Shown: positions 41,932 to 54,307, counted from the stretch's first letter. The stretch: 64,000 bases of DNA from Octopus vulgaris (GCA_951406725.2 OX597825.1:63178001-63242000); one strand, 5' to 3'. Made by a program: numbers and translations. Notes: generated by a model not told the origin, from the letters alone.

Positions 41932-42163
41932 GTTTCTTTATTACCCACAAGGGGCTAAACATAGAGGGGACAAACAAGGACAGACAAACGGATTAAGGCG
42001 ATTACATCGACCCCAGTGCTTAACTGGTACTTAATTTATCGACCCCGAAAGGATGAAAGGCAAAGTCGACCTCGGCGGAATTTGAACTCATAACGTAACG
42101 ACAGACGAAATACGGCTACGCATTTCGCCCGGCATGCTAACGTTTCTGCCAGCTCACCGCCTT
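41932..42163 (-). mobile_element. tRNA-derived SINE family B (Meta-domain-like), full length
   Basis: Reverse strand aaggcggtgagctggcagaaacgttagc...gagttcaaattcc (B box)...gcctttcatcctttcggggtcgataaa; the central motif resembles the MetaSINE domain from memory. Other copies at ~20510-21020, 26535-26860, 39448-39890, 45470-45675, 53695-53860, 54175-54670 and 58735-58927. Confidence 0.75.
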
Positions 42164-42196
42164 TTTTTATATATATACATATATATATACATACAC

Positions 42197-42630
42197 ACTC
42201 TTTACACTTTTTACTCTTTTACTTGTTTCAGTCATTTGACTGTGGCCATGCTGGAGCACCACCTTTAGTCGAGCAAATTGACCCCATGGACTTATTCTTT
42301 GTAAGCCTAGTAATTATTCTATCGGTCTCTTTTGCCAAAGCGCTAAGTTACGGGGACGGAAACACACCAGCATTGGTTGTCAAACGATGTTGGTGGGGAC
42401 AAACACAGACACACAAACATACACACACACACGGACACACACACACATGTATATATGTATATACATATATATGACGGGCTTCTTTCAGTTTCTGTCTACA
42501 AAATCCACTCACAAGGCTTTGGTCGACCCGAGGCTATAGAAGAAGACACTTGCCCAAGGTGCCACACAGTGGGACTGAACTTGGAACCATGTGATTGGTA
42601 AACAAGCTACTTACCACACAGCCACTCCTA
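42197..42630 (-). mobile_element. SINE family A, full length
   Basis: Homologous to 6400-6815 in reverse. Confidence 0.85.
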
Positions 42631-43334
42631 CACATATATATATTTGTATAAGCACACACACACACACATACACACATACAAAGAGCTTCTACTTGTGTGA
42701 GGCATATATGTGCTGTTCTCTGTTGGCCAGCTGCATTCTTAATGTCCTTCTTACACTGCATATATTGTCAGTGATTTAGGTGTGGGGATTTAAAAACAGT
42801 GTTTAATCTGTTTGTCTCAGACATAGGTCATAGAAACGCATTGACATGAAATCTATTGTACTAGGATTTTGCTAAGCTGCATCAGCAATAATTGGGATCA
42901 TTTCAATACAAACTTGGAAATAGTATTTGCAGAAAGTAACATGGGATTTCTCTAACAATCAAAGACTGAAGCAAAACTACTGCAAGTATATAGGACTGCT
43001 ACTGATCTAATTCCTTTGCACATATATATATATTCATATATATACCTCATGAATTGTGTCATGGCTGCAAGCATAAGAGTTAGCTATTTATGGAATATTG
43101 ATTACTGATATCACAGCTGGTTATCCTGAAACCTACCATACTTGGTATCAATTTTCTATTCATAACAATTTTCTCTAACAATATCTCTATTGCTTTGAGA
43201 ATCTTATATATCTGGTTTCCATTTGCAATAATCATTTGCATAGGACATTAAATTGAATCTGGTTGTGGGACTCTAGCTTAAAAGCTCAAAAATTGTCTAA
43301 TAGCATAATATTCAGTTAATTAACCACTCTTACC

Positions 43335-44709
43335 TCTATATAAAATTATTCATCAGTTTGTCTGTCTGTTCTGTATGCATTCTCAACTGGCTCCACCAAA
43401 TGAAATCAAATTTTACAAGGTAATAGTATTAGACACTGCAAGAGTCAACATGTAATTTTTATTTTCATTTGAATTAAAACAATATTTTTTCTAAAATATT
43501 CTTTCTACAATCAACTGTAATATAGGACATTTTATACTACCACCACGATGGTGACAACATCATGTTTTGTGTATGAAAGTGGATGTTTCTGTGAGTGTGT
43601 ATGTTTGCTTGCACATTTGTTACGTACAATATAGTAAAGGACATTTTATACCACGATGACCATGATGACGACACATTTTGTATATGAGTGTGTATGTGTC
43701 TGTAAGTGTGTGTGTTTGTGCATTCAGTACGTATGAGATGGTAAAGGACATTTTATACCTTGACGACACATTTTGTATATGGGTCTATATGTTTCTTTGA
43801 GTGTGTGTGTGTTTGCACATTTATTACATAAATATATGTCTGTGTGTGTGTCTGTCTTAGTATATGTATGTGAGTGTATATATGTGTGTGTGAGTGTATG
43901 AGTCATTGTCAATTACACTGGTGTAAACTGGCTATGTGAAAGAACTATACTGACTCCAACTAATGAAATGGCTGATAAACTCAATCATGAAATTCTTCAA
44001 AAGTTAACAGATGCATCAGAAATGACTTTTCCATCAATTCACACAACAATTGATCAAGATCAGGTTGTTCAATACCCTATGAATTTCTGAACACACTTAA
44101 ACCCACTGGGATGCCTCTGCATAATTTGACCCTAAAGCTGGATGCTCCCATTATGTTGTTTAAGAATCTTGATCCACCTCACCTGTGTAATGGAACACAC
44201 TTAATTGTTACTTTCATGAAGCCCCATGTCCTACAGGCAACAATCATAACAGGTAGTCACAAAGAAGAAAATGTCCTAATTCCAAAATTTCCTCCCATAC
44301 CTACAGATGTTTCATTTGAATTTAAGAGGCTTCAGTTTCCAGTCAAACTAAGTTTTGGCATTTCAATTAACAAATCTCAGGGCCAATCCCTGAAGGTGAT
44401 TGGAATTCCTTTCTCTGCTACAGGTTCCTCCCTCAGCTTATGTTGGTTGCTCACAAGTAGGAAGCAGCTACAATTCATTCATTTGAACACCAACAAAAAA
44501 ATTACTCAATGTATATTGTTTACCCTGAGGTGCTTCAAGATTGACAAATTTTCAGTTCTAAATTCTATTATCATTTCAATTTGGATATTTTTAAATAAAA
44601 TATAGATATTTTGAAATAAATATGAGGAAAAAAAATATCTACATATTTATTGTTTACTAATCTGAATAAGAATAGCAGTAACCAAGGCAATGCCAGGTAA
44701 TTCAGCTAC
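43335..44709 (+). mobile_element. Internally deleted Helitron with a PIF1-like helicase C-terminal relic
   Basis: 5' TC start, subterminal tandem repeats (43520-43800), helicase relic, 3' ccaaggcaatgccagg hairpin remnant and decayed CTAG (ctac). Confidence 0.75.
43925..44530 (+). pseudogene. Helitron RepHel PIF1-family helicase fragment (frameshifted)
   Basis: WLCERTILTPTNE...EFLNTLKPTGMPLHNLTLKLDAPIMLFKNLDPPHLCNGT...FKRLQFPVKLSFGISINKSQGQSLKVIG match Helitron helicase motifs. Confidence 0.9.
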
Positions 44710-44895
44710 TATACTAAATAACAATTGTTTTTAACATAAGCCTATGGCCAGCAATCTACAGAGATGTTATTCAATGTCTGTGACTCCATTACTTGATTGG
44801 TTCTTCATTTTATAGGCTCAAAATGAAAAACAACAAATTTGAATTTGGTGGAATTTGAACTCAGTATGTAAAGAACTGGTAGAAATAGTGTATGA

Positions 44896-45312
44896 AGGTG
44901 GCAATCTGGCAGACTCGTTAGCATGCCGGGCGAAATGCTTAGCAGTATTCTGTCTGCTGTTACGTTCTGAGTTCAAATTCCGGCGAGGTAAACTTTGCCT
45001 TTCATCCTTTCGGGGTCGATTAAATAAGTACCAGTTATGCATTGGGGTCGATATAATCATCTTAATCTGTTTGTCTGTCCTTGTTTGTCCCTTTTGTGTT
45101 TAGCCCCTTGTGGGCAGTAAAGAAATAGGTATTTTGTCTGCTGTTATGTTCTGAGTTCAAATTCCGCCGAGGTCAACTTTGCCTTTCATCCTTTCAGGGT
45201 CAATTAAATAAGTACCAGTTATGCATTGGGGTCGATATAATCGACTTCATTCATTTGTCTGTCCTTGTTTGTCTCCTCTATGTGTAGCCCTTTGTGGGTA
45301 GTAAAGAAATAA
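44896..45312 (+). mobile_element. Tandem SINE family B modules (two)
   Basis: ~184-bp direct repeat of the family B body. Confidence 0.8.
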
Positions 45313-45848
45313 GAAATAGTGTACAACATTTCTCTGGCACATTAAGGATTCTACCAGCTTGCCACACTAAAAAAAGTTTCATATTTAGGCACAAAGCCAG
45401 CAATCTTAAGGATTAGTCGAAATTATGATGAAACTACTACAAAAAGGAGCTTAATATTGATATCATATTTTTGGCACAAAGCCAGATATTTTGGAGGACG
45501 TTGTAAGTTGACCATATGGACACCAGTGCCCTACTGGTACTTATTTTACTGACCCCAAAAGAATGACCAGTGAAGTCAATCTCAGTGGAATTTGAAATCA
45601 GAACATGAAAATGGACGAAATACTACTAAGCATTTTGCCTGGCATGCTAATGGTTCTGCTAGCTTTCCACCTTCAAGAGTATATCAGTAGTGTAGTTTCT
45701 CATTTTGTTGCTCTGAGATTAATCTCTCCTCTGTAGCAGTTTGGACCCATTTATTACATCATAATCTTAACTAACCCCTACAGTTGCTAGCCTTGTACCA
45801 AAATGTAAAAATCAATTAGAAGAATCATTAGAATGTCATAACAATGCC

Positions 45849-45881
<33 letters not shown>

Positions 45882-46229
45882 ATACATATATACATATATA
45901 CTTATATATGTGTATATATTCTGTGTTAAATTAAGAAACAGTGTTGAGTAAAAATTCTGTAAATAATAATAATAAGCTTAAGATTGTAAGCATTCATGGT
46001 ATATTGGCAATAGAAAATAGTCTAATAATAGGGTGCATATGTTCTTGACTAATACACGTTTTTTCTGTGGCGAGCTTATATGCCCCACTGGTCGACTATT
46101 TTCTATAGCCAATATGCAATGAATGCTAACATGCTTAACCTTATAATTATTATTTACAGTAAACGAAAAAATGGTAAAAAAGGTCAGTTCATCTCAAATT
46201 CTTTGTAAACTCCAAAATATATCTCTCTC

Positions 46230-46267
<38 letters not shown>

Positions 46268-46620
46268 ACCAAATATGTCCTTTCTGAACTTATAATTTTC
46301 TCTGTATATATATATAGATACTTCCAAACAAACATGATTTTTAATGAAATCCTAATATTTTTAATGAACTTTTTAATATTTTCTCAAGATTCTTCCTTGT
46401 AAACTTTTTGTGAACAATTTCTTATTATTATCAAAGAATGTATATATGTATTGTAATATTTTGTGACAACCTGTACTTAACACAACAAAGCTTTTACATT
46501 TTACTTTTGACAATCATTTTCTAAAAAAGTGAAACTGGTCAAGTGAATAAACATCTTTAAAATTGCATTTTCAAACCTTCTTTCATATATATTTCCACAG
46601 TACCTTACAACTTCACTTTG

Positions 46621-46650
<30 letters not shown>

Positions 46651-46654
<4 letters not shown>

Positions 46655-47273
46655 CGTTGCTAAACCCTTTATTGCTTAGTATTACTTAAATTTTCCTCGA
46701 ATGAGGCTTTTACATGCCGAAGACTACTTGGTGTAATTGATAATTATTCCAAATTAATTAATTTCACCCTTCATTATTACGGATAACCATATTTTATCTC
46801 AGTAGATGACCATAGCATCTTGTTTTGGCTACACGCGGGTGGGAAGGGGCTGGTGACACAATCCTTTCATTCACACGTTGAGTTTGGTGATACTAGTTGC
46901 GGATTCTAGCTCGCTCTGATACTGAGTTGAGTTGGTGCCTTCTAGTATCTCAAAATTCAATATATAATCACTTATGATTATAGTATTCTACGCTGAAGAG
47001 AAAAGAAGTTTGGGTAACGTAGAATTATTTAATATTTAATTCTCATGCTTTCCTAAAAACTTGATTTCGAAACGTGCGTCCGTAGATAACTTAAAATTGT
47101 ATGATAGATTGCCGTCAATTCATTCTCTCTTACCTGTTTGTGTCTGCCTTCCAATTGCTGTGTTTTACTGAGATCTCCCTTTTTAGTAGAAGAAATAGCT
47201 ATAACTCTTTGACTGCTATTTCTAAATTCGGTATGTGGTAAGGCAATTCGTTGCTAAACCCTTTATTGCTTAG
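46651..47273 (+). mobile_element. Non-autonomous HHR-bearing element (retrozyme / Penelope pLTR-like), 594-nt unit
   Basis: Identical 29-nt direct repeats aattcgttgctaaaccctttattgcttag at 46651-46679 and 47245-47273; (TA)n on both flanks; internal HHR; no ORF. Confidence 0.7.
46987..47086 (+). ncRNA. Type I hammerhead ribozyme (Penelope/retrozyme-type), apparently intact core
   Basis: Helix I tctacg (46987-92)/cgtaga (47081-86); CTGAAGA core (46993-99); helix II gaaa/tttc closing a long hairpin (aagttt/aaactt, agaatta/taattct); GAAA (47069-72); helix III cgtgcg; GUC triplet with predicted cleavage after 47080. Confidence 0.85.
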
Positions 47274-47297
47274 CATATATATATATATATATATCTT

Positions 47298-47508
47298 TCT
47301 TTTTACTCTCTTTTACTTGTTTCAGTCATTTGACTGCGGCCATGCTGGAGCACCGCCTTTAGTCGAGCAAATCAACCCCGGGACTTATTCTTTGTAAGCC
47401 CAGTACTTATTCTATCGGTCTCTTTTGCCGAACCGCTAAGTGATGGGGACGTAAACACACCAGCATCGGTTGTCAAGCAATGCTAGGGGAACAAACACAG
47501 ACACACAA

Positions 47509-47539
<31 letters not shown>

Positions 47540-47709
47540 CACATATATACGACAGGCTTCTTTCAGTTTCCGTCTACCAAATCCACTCACAAGGCATTGG
47601 TCGGCCCAGGGCTATAGCAGAAGACACTTGCCCAAGGTGCCACGCAGTGGGACTGAACCCGGAACCATGTGGTTGGTTAGCAAGCTACTTACCACACAGC
47701 CACTCCTGC
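47298..47709 (-). mobile_element. SINE family A, full length
   Basis: Homologous to 6400-6815 in reverse. Confidence 0.85.
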
Positions 47710-48624
47710 ATAGAATTGTTTTAAAATCCATGAGTCACAATAAAAGGAACTCACATATTGCTTAATTGAGATAGAGTGGGTGTAATATTATTAATAAAAT
47801 ATTATATTCTCATATCAACTACTTTATCAATTAATTTTGCAGCAGGTATTGAAATAACCTTGGTTTTAATCAGAAAAGGCTTAAATGAATAGGTTTTAAG
47901 GAACAGTATGACATGGATTGCCTTTATAGTTTTCTGATGATTACTAGGGTTATCTCACCTCCCGGTATGAAACTGATTTCTGAAGTGGCTAATATGAGAA
48001 TATAATGTATTTTAAATATCAAACACATTCTCACACATATATATGTGCACACACATGCACACAAACACACACACATATATATATATATATGAAATCAACA
48101 AGGAAGAACATTAGGGAAATCAATTTGAAATCTATTGTTGTGTGAATCTGTAACTAAAAGTATAAGATTTATGGTTTACAAAGAATTTATTTAATGCCAA
48201 ATTCAAAGATTCAGATGATGATAAATAACTAAAGTGATTTTTTTAAAAGAAATTTTAATATTACTTTGTGGTTTTATTATGTTGGCAATGTTTTAATTTG
48301 ATATAAATTAAGGTTGGCCAACGTAATGAAAATTTTCATATGCAATCAATCATACACACATGTAAACACAGGGAAATAGAGTTAACCACATATACAGAGA
48401 GATATACAGAATTATTGCCACTCATATACAAAGGTGTCTATGGATATACTGAGAGATAAAAGCTTATAGCATTATAAGCAACATTAAAATATGTAGATTT
48501 AGAATCAATAATCTATGATGGAAAAATATCAGTGAATCACTCGGTGGGTATGGAACTATATATTGTTAGGTCATATATAAACATATGTACATATATATAC
48601 ATATGTGTGAGCAATATATATAGT

Positions 48625-48670
<46 letters not shown>

Positions 48671-48891
48671 CTTATATCCTCTATATTTGGATGGACTCAT
48701 TTTAAACGCTGTTGGACTTTTGGACTTTACTCATAGGATATTGGACTATTGCATATATACCATTATGCCTAAAAAATGGATTTACAACTTCAATACCCAT
48801 ACATATCTTGTGTCTATTTTTTTTCCTCCACCTCACTCTGCATTTTGTATCACACCTAAACTAACTATGACTTAACTATCTTTTCACACCA

Positions 48892-48941
48892 TCTCTGATG
48901 AAGGGATATAATTAATAAATATCCTAGAAACAGCTGTAAGA
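48892..48941 (+). ncRNA. Minimal type I hammerhead ribozyme motif
   Basis: tct-CTGATGA-a-gggatat[loop]atatcct-a-GAAA-cagctg-TA-aga; palindromic helix III, GUA triplet, 3-bp helix I, A.A mismatch at the base of helix II; within a ~340-nt element (48668-49010) flanked by (TA)n. Confidence 0.7.
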
Positions 48942-49007
48942 CCTTATATCTATAAATGTTCTAACATCTACACAGCCTTGGTTTTTTATCTGATTATGCA
49001 AATAATT

Positions 49008-49058
<51 letters not shown>

Positions 49059-49456
49059 ACATATATATACACACAAATATATATGATACGTACATACATA
49101 CACACACATATATATATATGTGTGTGTGTGTGTCTGCGTATCTCAGATATATGTATGTATGTATGTAAATTCTGTCTAAGAATCCATAAGTCAGAAACAA
49201 TATGTGCTCATATATTTGTCAATAGAAAGGGTATATTAAGCAAAGTGTACAGTATTCATGTATATCCATTATGGCTGATTTTACCATTCAGTTTTGCACT
49301 AGGGGTTCAATAGGTTGTTAGATACAACCCACTCAGGGTTACATAATTGGGGTGTTATCTAACACCCTTTTGAGCTTCTAGTGCAAAACTGATTGGTACT
49401 AAATTGGCTGTAATGGATGTATGCAGTGACAGAGTGAATTTTGAAGACTTATATAT

Positions 49457-49881
49457 TCTTTACTCTTTTACTTGTTTCAGTCATTTGACTGTGGTCATGC
49501 TGGAGCACTGGCTTTAGTCAAGCAAATCGACCCCAGGACTTACTCTTTGTAAGCCTAGTACTTATTCTATCTGTTTCTTTTGCTGAACCGCTAAGTTATG
49601 GGGACATAAATACACCAGCATCGGTTGTCAAGCGATATTGGAGGAACAAACACAGACACAGAAACATATACACACACACACACATATATATATATATGCA
49701 TATACATATACATATATATGACAAGCTTCTTTCAGTTTCCGCATACCAAATCCACTCACAAGGCTTTGGTCAGCCCGAGGCTATAGTAGAAGACACTTGC
49801 TCAGAGTGCCATGCAGTGAGACTGAAACTGGAATCATGTGGTTTGTAAGCAAGTTACTTACCACACAGCCACTCCTACACC
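49457..49881 (-). mobile_element. SINE family A, full length
   Basis: Homologous to 6400-6815 in reverse. Confidence 0.85.
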
Positions 49882-50042
49882 TATATATCTAATGCCTTTT
49901 TAATCTTTTGTGGCTGTGTGCTTTTTGTTCCCTAATTATTGGTTCTTGTATTTTATTAATCTCTGCACTTGGCCTGCTTATGAGGTTGTTATGTCCTTGC
50001 TTATATGCTGCTTCTTTAAGCTTAGCATAGTATATATAGAAA

Positions 50043-50378
50043 TTGGTTACTGCAGTGTAGTCAGCCCCTAGAGATCCTGAGTTCAATCTCAGGCAAGGCA
50101 CTAAGGTAATTCACAAAGAATCAACTGAAACAAAAAATGTCATGAAATGCAGAGAGCAGAATGAGAATAGTGTACCCCTGTGGAATCAAATAATGCATTA
50201 TATTCATAATTTTGATACAGAAAATCAATTCAAGTTCAATACAAGACTCCTGGAGAAGGCTGGAGCATACAACAGCCAAAATGTAGTGAAAGCAACATTC
50301 AAAATAAGGACACCAGTTTGACTAGTATAAATAGTACACATAATACAAAATTCCTTATCTCATAAATATAGAATTGTA
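50043..50378 (+). mobile_element. Diverged tRNA-headed HHR-relic element related to the 4100-4790 family
   Basis: B-box-like gagttcaatctc near 50079; ctggaga-a-ggctg..cagcc-aaaa-tg-ta-gtg at 50250-50288; tail aattccttatctcataaatatagaattgt resembles 4763-4790. Confidence 0.55.
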
Positions 50379-50612
50379 TAGCTATTTTCTTTTACTCTTT
50401 CAGTTGCAGGATTCTTGGAGCAACACCTTGAAGGGTTCAGTGAAACAAATTTTCCTCAGTACTTGAATTTTATTTTGTAAGCCTGATACTTATTTTAGTG
50501 GGGTTTCTTTTTCTTGCAATGTTATAGGGACAAAAACAAACTAATACTAGTTTTCCAGCAGTGAAAGGACAAACATTATCTCAAGGACGTACACACATGG
50601 ACACACATTCAC

Positions 50613-51123
50613 ACCTTGAAACTTTACTCCCTCCAGCGTCGCCGTGAGCGGTACATCATTTGTACGATGTGGAAAATATACTGCCAACTTTGCCCAAACG
50701 ACCTAAACATTAGCTTCAAGGTCCATCCAAGACTTGGACCACGGGCTATACGTCCCCTGCCAAATTCAAGATCACAACATACATGTACACTGCAACATAA
50801 TTTCTTTTCCTCAACAGGCCCTGCCCTATTTAACATTGTCCCGAGGGAGATCAAAGAGGAAAAGGATCCCATCAACTTTAAACAGAGTCTGGATAGATTC
50901 CTTCAAAGAATACCAGATAAGCCACCCATAATTGGATACAACTCACCCAACAAGAACTCACTACTTGAACAAAACTGGATACAACTCACCCAACAAGAAC
51001 TCACTACTTGAACAAAATTTGACTTAAACAGGATTCGAATAATCCTATCAGGTGGTGCTATTAAGTTAGACATGGCCTGGACCAATCTCTGGTCGAAACA
51101 TATCTAAGTTTTATCTAAGTTTA
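50613..51123 (+). mobile_element. 5'-truncated CR1/Jockey-group LINE 3' end
   Basis: ORF LKLYSLQRRRERYIICTMWKI...GPALFNIVP...FKQSLDRFLQRIPDKP is typical of an ORF2 C-terminus; short tandem tail (tatctaagtt)n; internal ~38-bp duplication. Confidence 0.85.
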
Positions 51124-51293
51124 TATATATAAAATTAAAATCAAAATGAGGGTGAAAAATTGGATATTAATTTGATAACATCTATTTTAACACCAGTGGT
51201 CTAGCATATAAAAATACTGAGATTCAGTAAATAGTATTTCATACATAAATATAAGCAGGAATTTTTTTAACCACTATATGGAAACATTAGAGG

Positions 51294-51370
51294 ATCACAC
51301 TGACGATCTACAGATAAATTGTTTAAGTATGATTATGTAATTTATTGATAGTTAAACAATTGTTTGTGAT
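51294..51370 (+). ncRNA. Degenerate type I hammerhead (G12 replaced by T)
   Basis: atcaca-CTGACGA-[hairpin ataaattg/taatttat]-tAAA-caattg-TT-tgtgat; 6-bp helix I and palindromic helix III. It lies in element 51130-51525, which has inverted repeats at 51251-51286 and 51487-51521. Confidence 0.6.
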
Positions 51371-51526
51371 TAATCTATATTTTTGTTATTTTTTTATTTA
51401 TCTTGCTGACTTACATTTCTGGTGCGCTAACTTTGTGGAGAACAATTCTTAGTGGTTGAGACCATAGCGTATCTTCTAGCATAAGGGTTTCCACATAGTG
51501 GTTGAAAAAATTCCTTCTTATATTTG

Positions 51527-51557
<31 letters not shown>

Positions 51558-51742
51558 TTTCATGTTTATATATATATATGAACATGAAAATACATACAAA
51601 AATTATATCTTTATTAAAAATCTCACCATAAAAAGATGAAAACTGTTTCTATTGCATCAACATATATATATATATATACATATATACATATATACATATA
51701 TGTATGTATGTATATGTATATAGATATATATATGTATATATA

Positions 51743-51784
<42 letters not shown>

Positions 51785-51787
<3 letters not shown>

Positions 51788-52300
51788 TAATGCTTTGATA
51801 TACGGGTTAATTTGTCCCTGGAGACTGATCGTAAAGTGAAAACTCATAAAACAGAGCAATAATTTCCCAAAGTACCAATGTTATAAATTGTAATTCATTC
51901 CCAGAAAAATACTTTACTTATAAAATTCATAACACTCGAAAATAAAGGGCAATAAAACAACAGTAGAATGTAAAGAATATTTAATCTAAAGTAAAATGAA
52001 TGTAAAGATCAATTATAATAAAAAATATTATTATCATAATCATTTCCTGAATCACTTTCACTTATACTAGAATCATTCACACCATCACTTGTAGACTTGA
52101 TCACCAATTCACAAGCACTCATAGACAAACGTGTAGATTTCTTTTTAAAAATAAGTCTAGAGTTGTTTGCTTAAAAGAAGACTTGTTTTGCTCTCTATAA
52201 ATTTCTTTGTAACATGCATAAGCATTTGTTACAGTAGTAGAGACTTTTGCACTTTGTTCTAAATTTGGGTCATGTGTTTGAGAAATAAAACTCTTAAACC
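51785..52300 (-). mobile_element. pogo/Tigger-like transposon 3' end
   Basis: Minus strand HDPNLEQSAKVSTTVTNAYACYKEIYREQNKSSFKQTTLDLFLKR resembles the Tigger transposase C-terminus; TA-cagtaatgctttgatatacg TIR-like end. Confidence 0.75.
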
Positions 52301-52411
52301 TAGGGCCTCATAAATGTGTCCTTGTAAAGTGAGGCATTGCTGTGTGTATATATCAAATTAAATGCACAACCAAAAGAGCTACTAATAATTTCATGCTATT
52401 ACGATATTTAA

Positions 52412-52858
52412 CCCTTTCGTTACCAACCCAGCTAAAACCGGCTCTGACTCTGAGTACAAATGACTTGTTTTCATAAATTTTGAATTAAGATCTTCTATCA
52501 AACTTTAGTCACAATATATGTTCCTAACACTAACTGAATAATAAGTAAGTTATTTTTACTAAATTCTTTGCTATATTTAACCCTTTCGTTATCAACTCGG
52601 CTGAAACCAGCTCTGGCTCTGTAATACAAATGTCTTGTTTTCAAAAGTTCTGAACTAAAATCTTCCACCAAACCTTAGTCACAATTTGTGTTCCTAACAC
52701 TAGCTTAATGATAACTAAGTTATTTTACTAAATTTTTTGTTATATTTTAAAGTAATTGAAAGACACACGGAGCATCTCAAAATAAATACAGTAACAAAAG
52801 GGTTAAAGTAATTGAAAGAAACACAGAGCATCTCAAAATAAATTCAGTAATGAAAGGG
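52412..52858. mobile_element. piggyBac-type MITE with a second copy nested inside (52581-52802)
   Basis: TTAA target duplications and CCCTTTCGTTA..TAA(T/C)(G/A)AAAGGG termini on both outer and inner copies; homologous internal sequence. Confidence 0.85.
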
Positions 52859-53386
52859 TTAAACAGGCATTTTTATAAGATATGCCATGTATCATAAAGC
52901 AATCTTTCAGGTTCTGTTTTGAGCTTTTACAAATTCCATCTGTCAGATTCACAGATAAGGTATTAGTCAGCTCAGAACCATGGCAAAATCATTCACCTAA
53001 GGTAGAGTACAGTAGGACTGAACCCCGAAAACAAGTGGTTTGAAGCAAATTTTTGAACCACATAGCTATGTCTGTATCTTTATTTGCAAGTATGTGTAGA
53101 TGTTGTTGTTGTTGTTGTGGTGGTGGTGGTGACAATGACGAAGATAATGATGACAATGCAGAAAACATTTTGGATAATGATGGTTATATTCAAAGACTAT
53201 CTTCTACTGCTAAATTATTATGTCTAATGAATATGAACTCTTCAGCTTTTGTAGGGTTTTCCTACGTAATACTCTCACTTCCATTACTCTATTGTATTCA
53301 CCATATTTCTTTGAAATAGCTACAGATAGAATTCCTGCATTATATGAATTTATGATTTTTCTGGGTTTTTTTTTTTTGTTTTTCAG

Positions 53387-53481
53387 ATATCTTGTCTCTT
53401 CAGTTGCAAAAATATAAAGATGCATTCTTCGTAAAAGCATCCAACAATTCTATCAGGCTCCCTTTAAGAGAAGAATATCAG
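53387..53481 (+). CDS. Candidate internal exon, unknown gene
   Basis: Strong acceptor (T-run)ttcag, donor cag|gttagt; a single open frame ILSLQLQKYKDAFFVKASNNSIRLPLREEYQ (phase 1 to 0). Confidence 0.35.
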
Positions 53482-53858
53482 GTTAGTATCTAGTAAATAG
53501 TTTCATGTTCTTGTAATAGGAATATAAATAATAGGAATAATACTGTCAAGGGATTCATTCAGGTTCTTGATAACTCTTATAATATCAATCCACCTGAGAC
53601 CAGTTATGGTTCTATGTTACATTCTTCATGTTTAAAGTAAAATCTTCCAGCAAAATTTTGTGTAAATCTATGTTCCATTGTAGCTTAATAACAGTTTCAA
53701 ATTTTGGCACAAGGCCAGTAGTTCCAGAGGATGGGATGAGCTGAATATATTAACCACAGAACTCAACTGGTACTTATCTTATCAATCCAGAAAGGATGAA
53801 AGTCGACTTTCACAGAATTTGAACTCAGAATGCAAATATAGATGAAATGTTGATAAGT

Positions 53859-54017
53859 GTAGGAGTGGCTGTGTGGTAAGTAGCTTGCTTACAAACCACA
53901 TGGTTCTGGGTCCAGTGCCGCTGCATGGCCTCTTGGGTAACTGTCTTCTACTATAGCTTCAGGCCAACCAAAGCCTTGTGAGTGGATTTGGTAGACGGAA
54001 ACTGAAAGAAGCCCGTC

Positions 54018-54020
<3 letters not shown>
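53859..54020 (+). mobile_element. SINE family A, 5' half
   Basis: Head and CORE-like region, ending at the (TA)n tract. Confidence 0.8.
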
Positions 54021-54072
<52 letters not shown>

Positions 54073-54307
54073 TATTAAGATCATAAGAGAAGCATCAAAC
54101 AGTCTTTTTCAAGGAGTAAAGGAATATATTAGACCTTTAATTCAAACTTTGGTAGATATAAAATATTGCTTTCAAGTTTTGGTACAAGGCCAGTAATTTC
54201 AGGGTAGTGGGTAAGTCTGGTACTTATTTTATTGAGCCCTGAAAGGATAAAGGCAAAATCAACCGTGGTGGAATTTGAACTCAGAACATCAAGATGGATG
54301 AAATACT

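Noticed and set aside
47934-47980. CTGATGA...GAAA spacing like an HHR; a similar case at ~54811-54852
   Set aside because: Helices I and III do not pair, so it cannot be distinguished from chance in AT-rich DNA.
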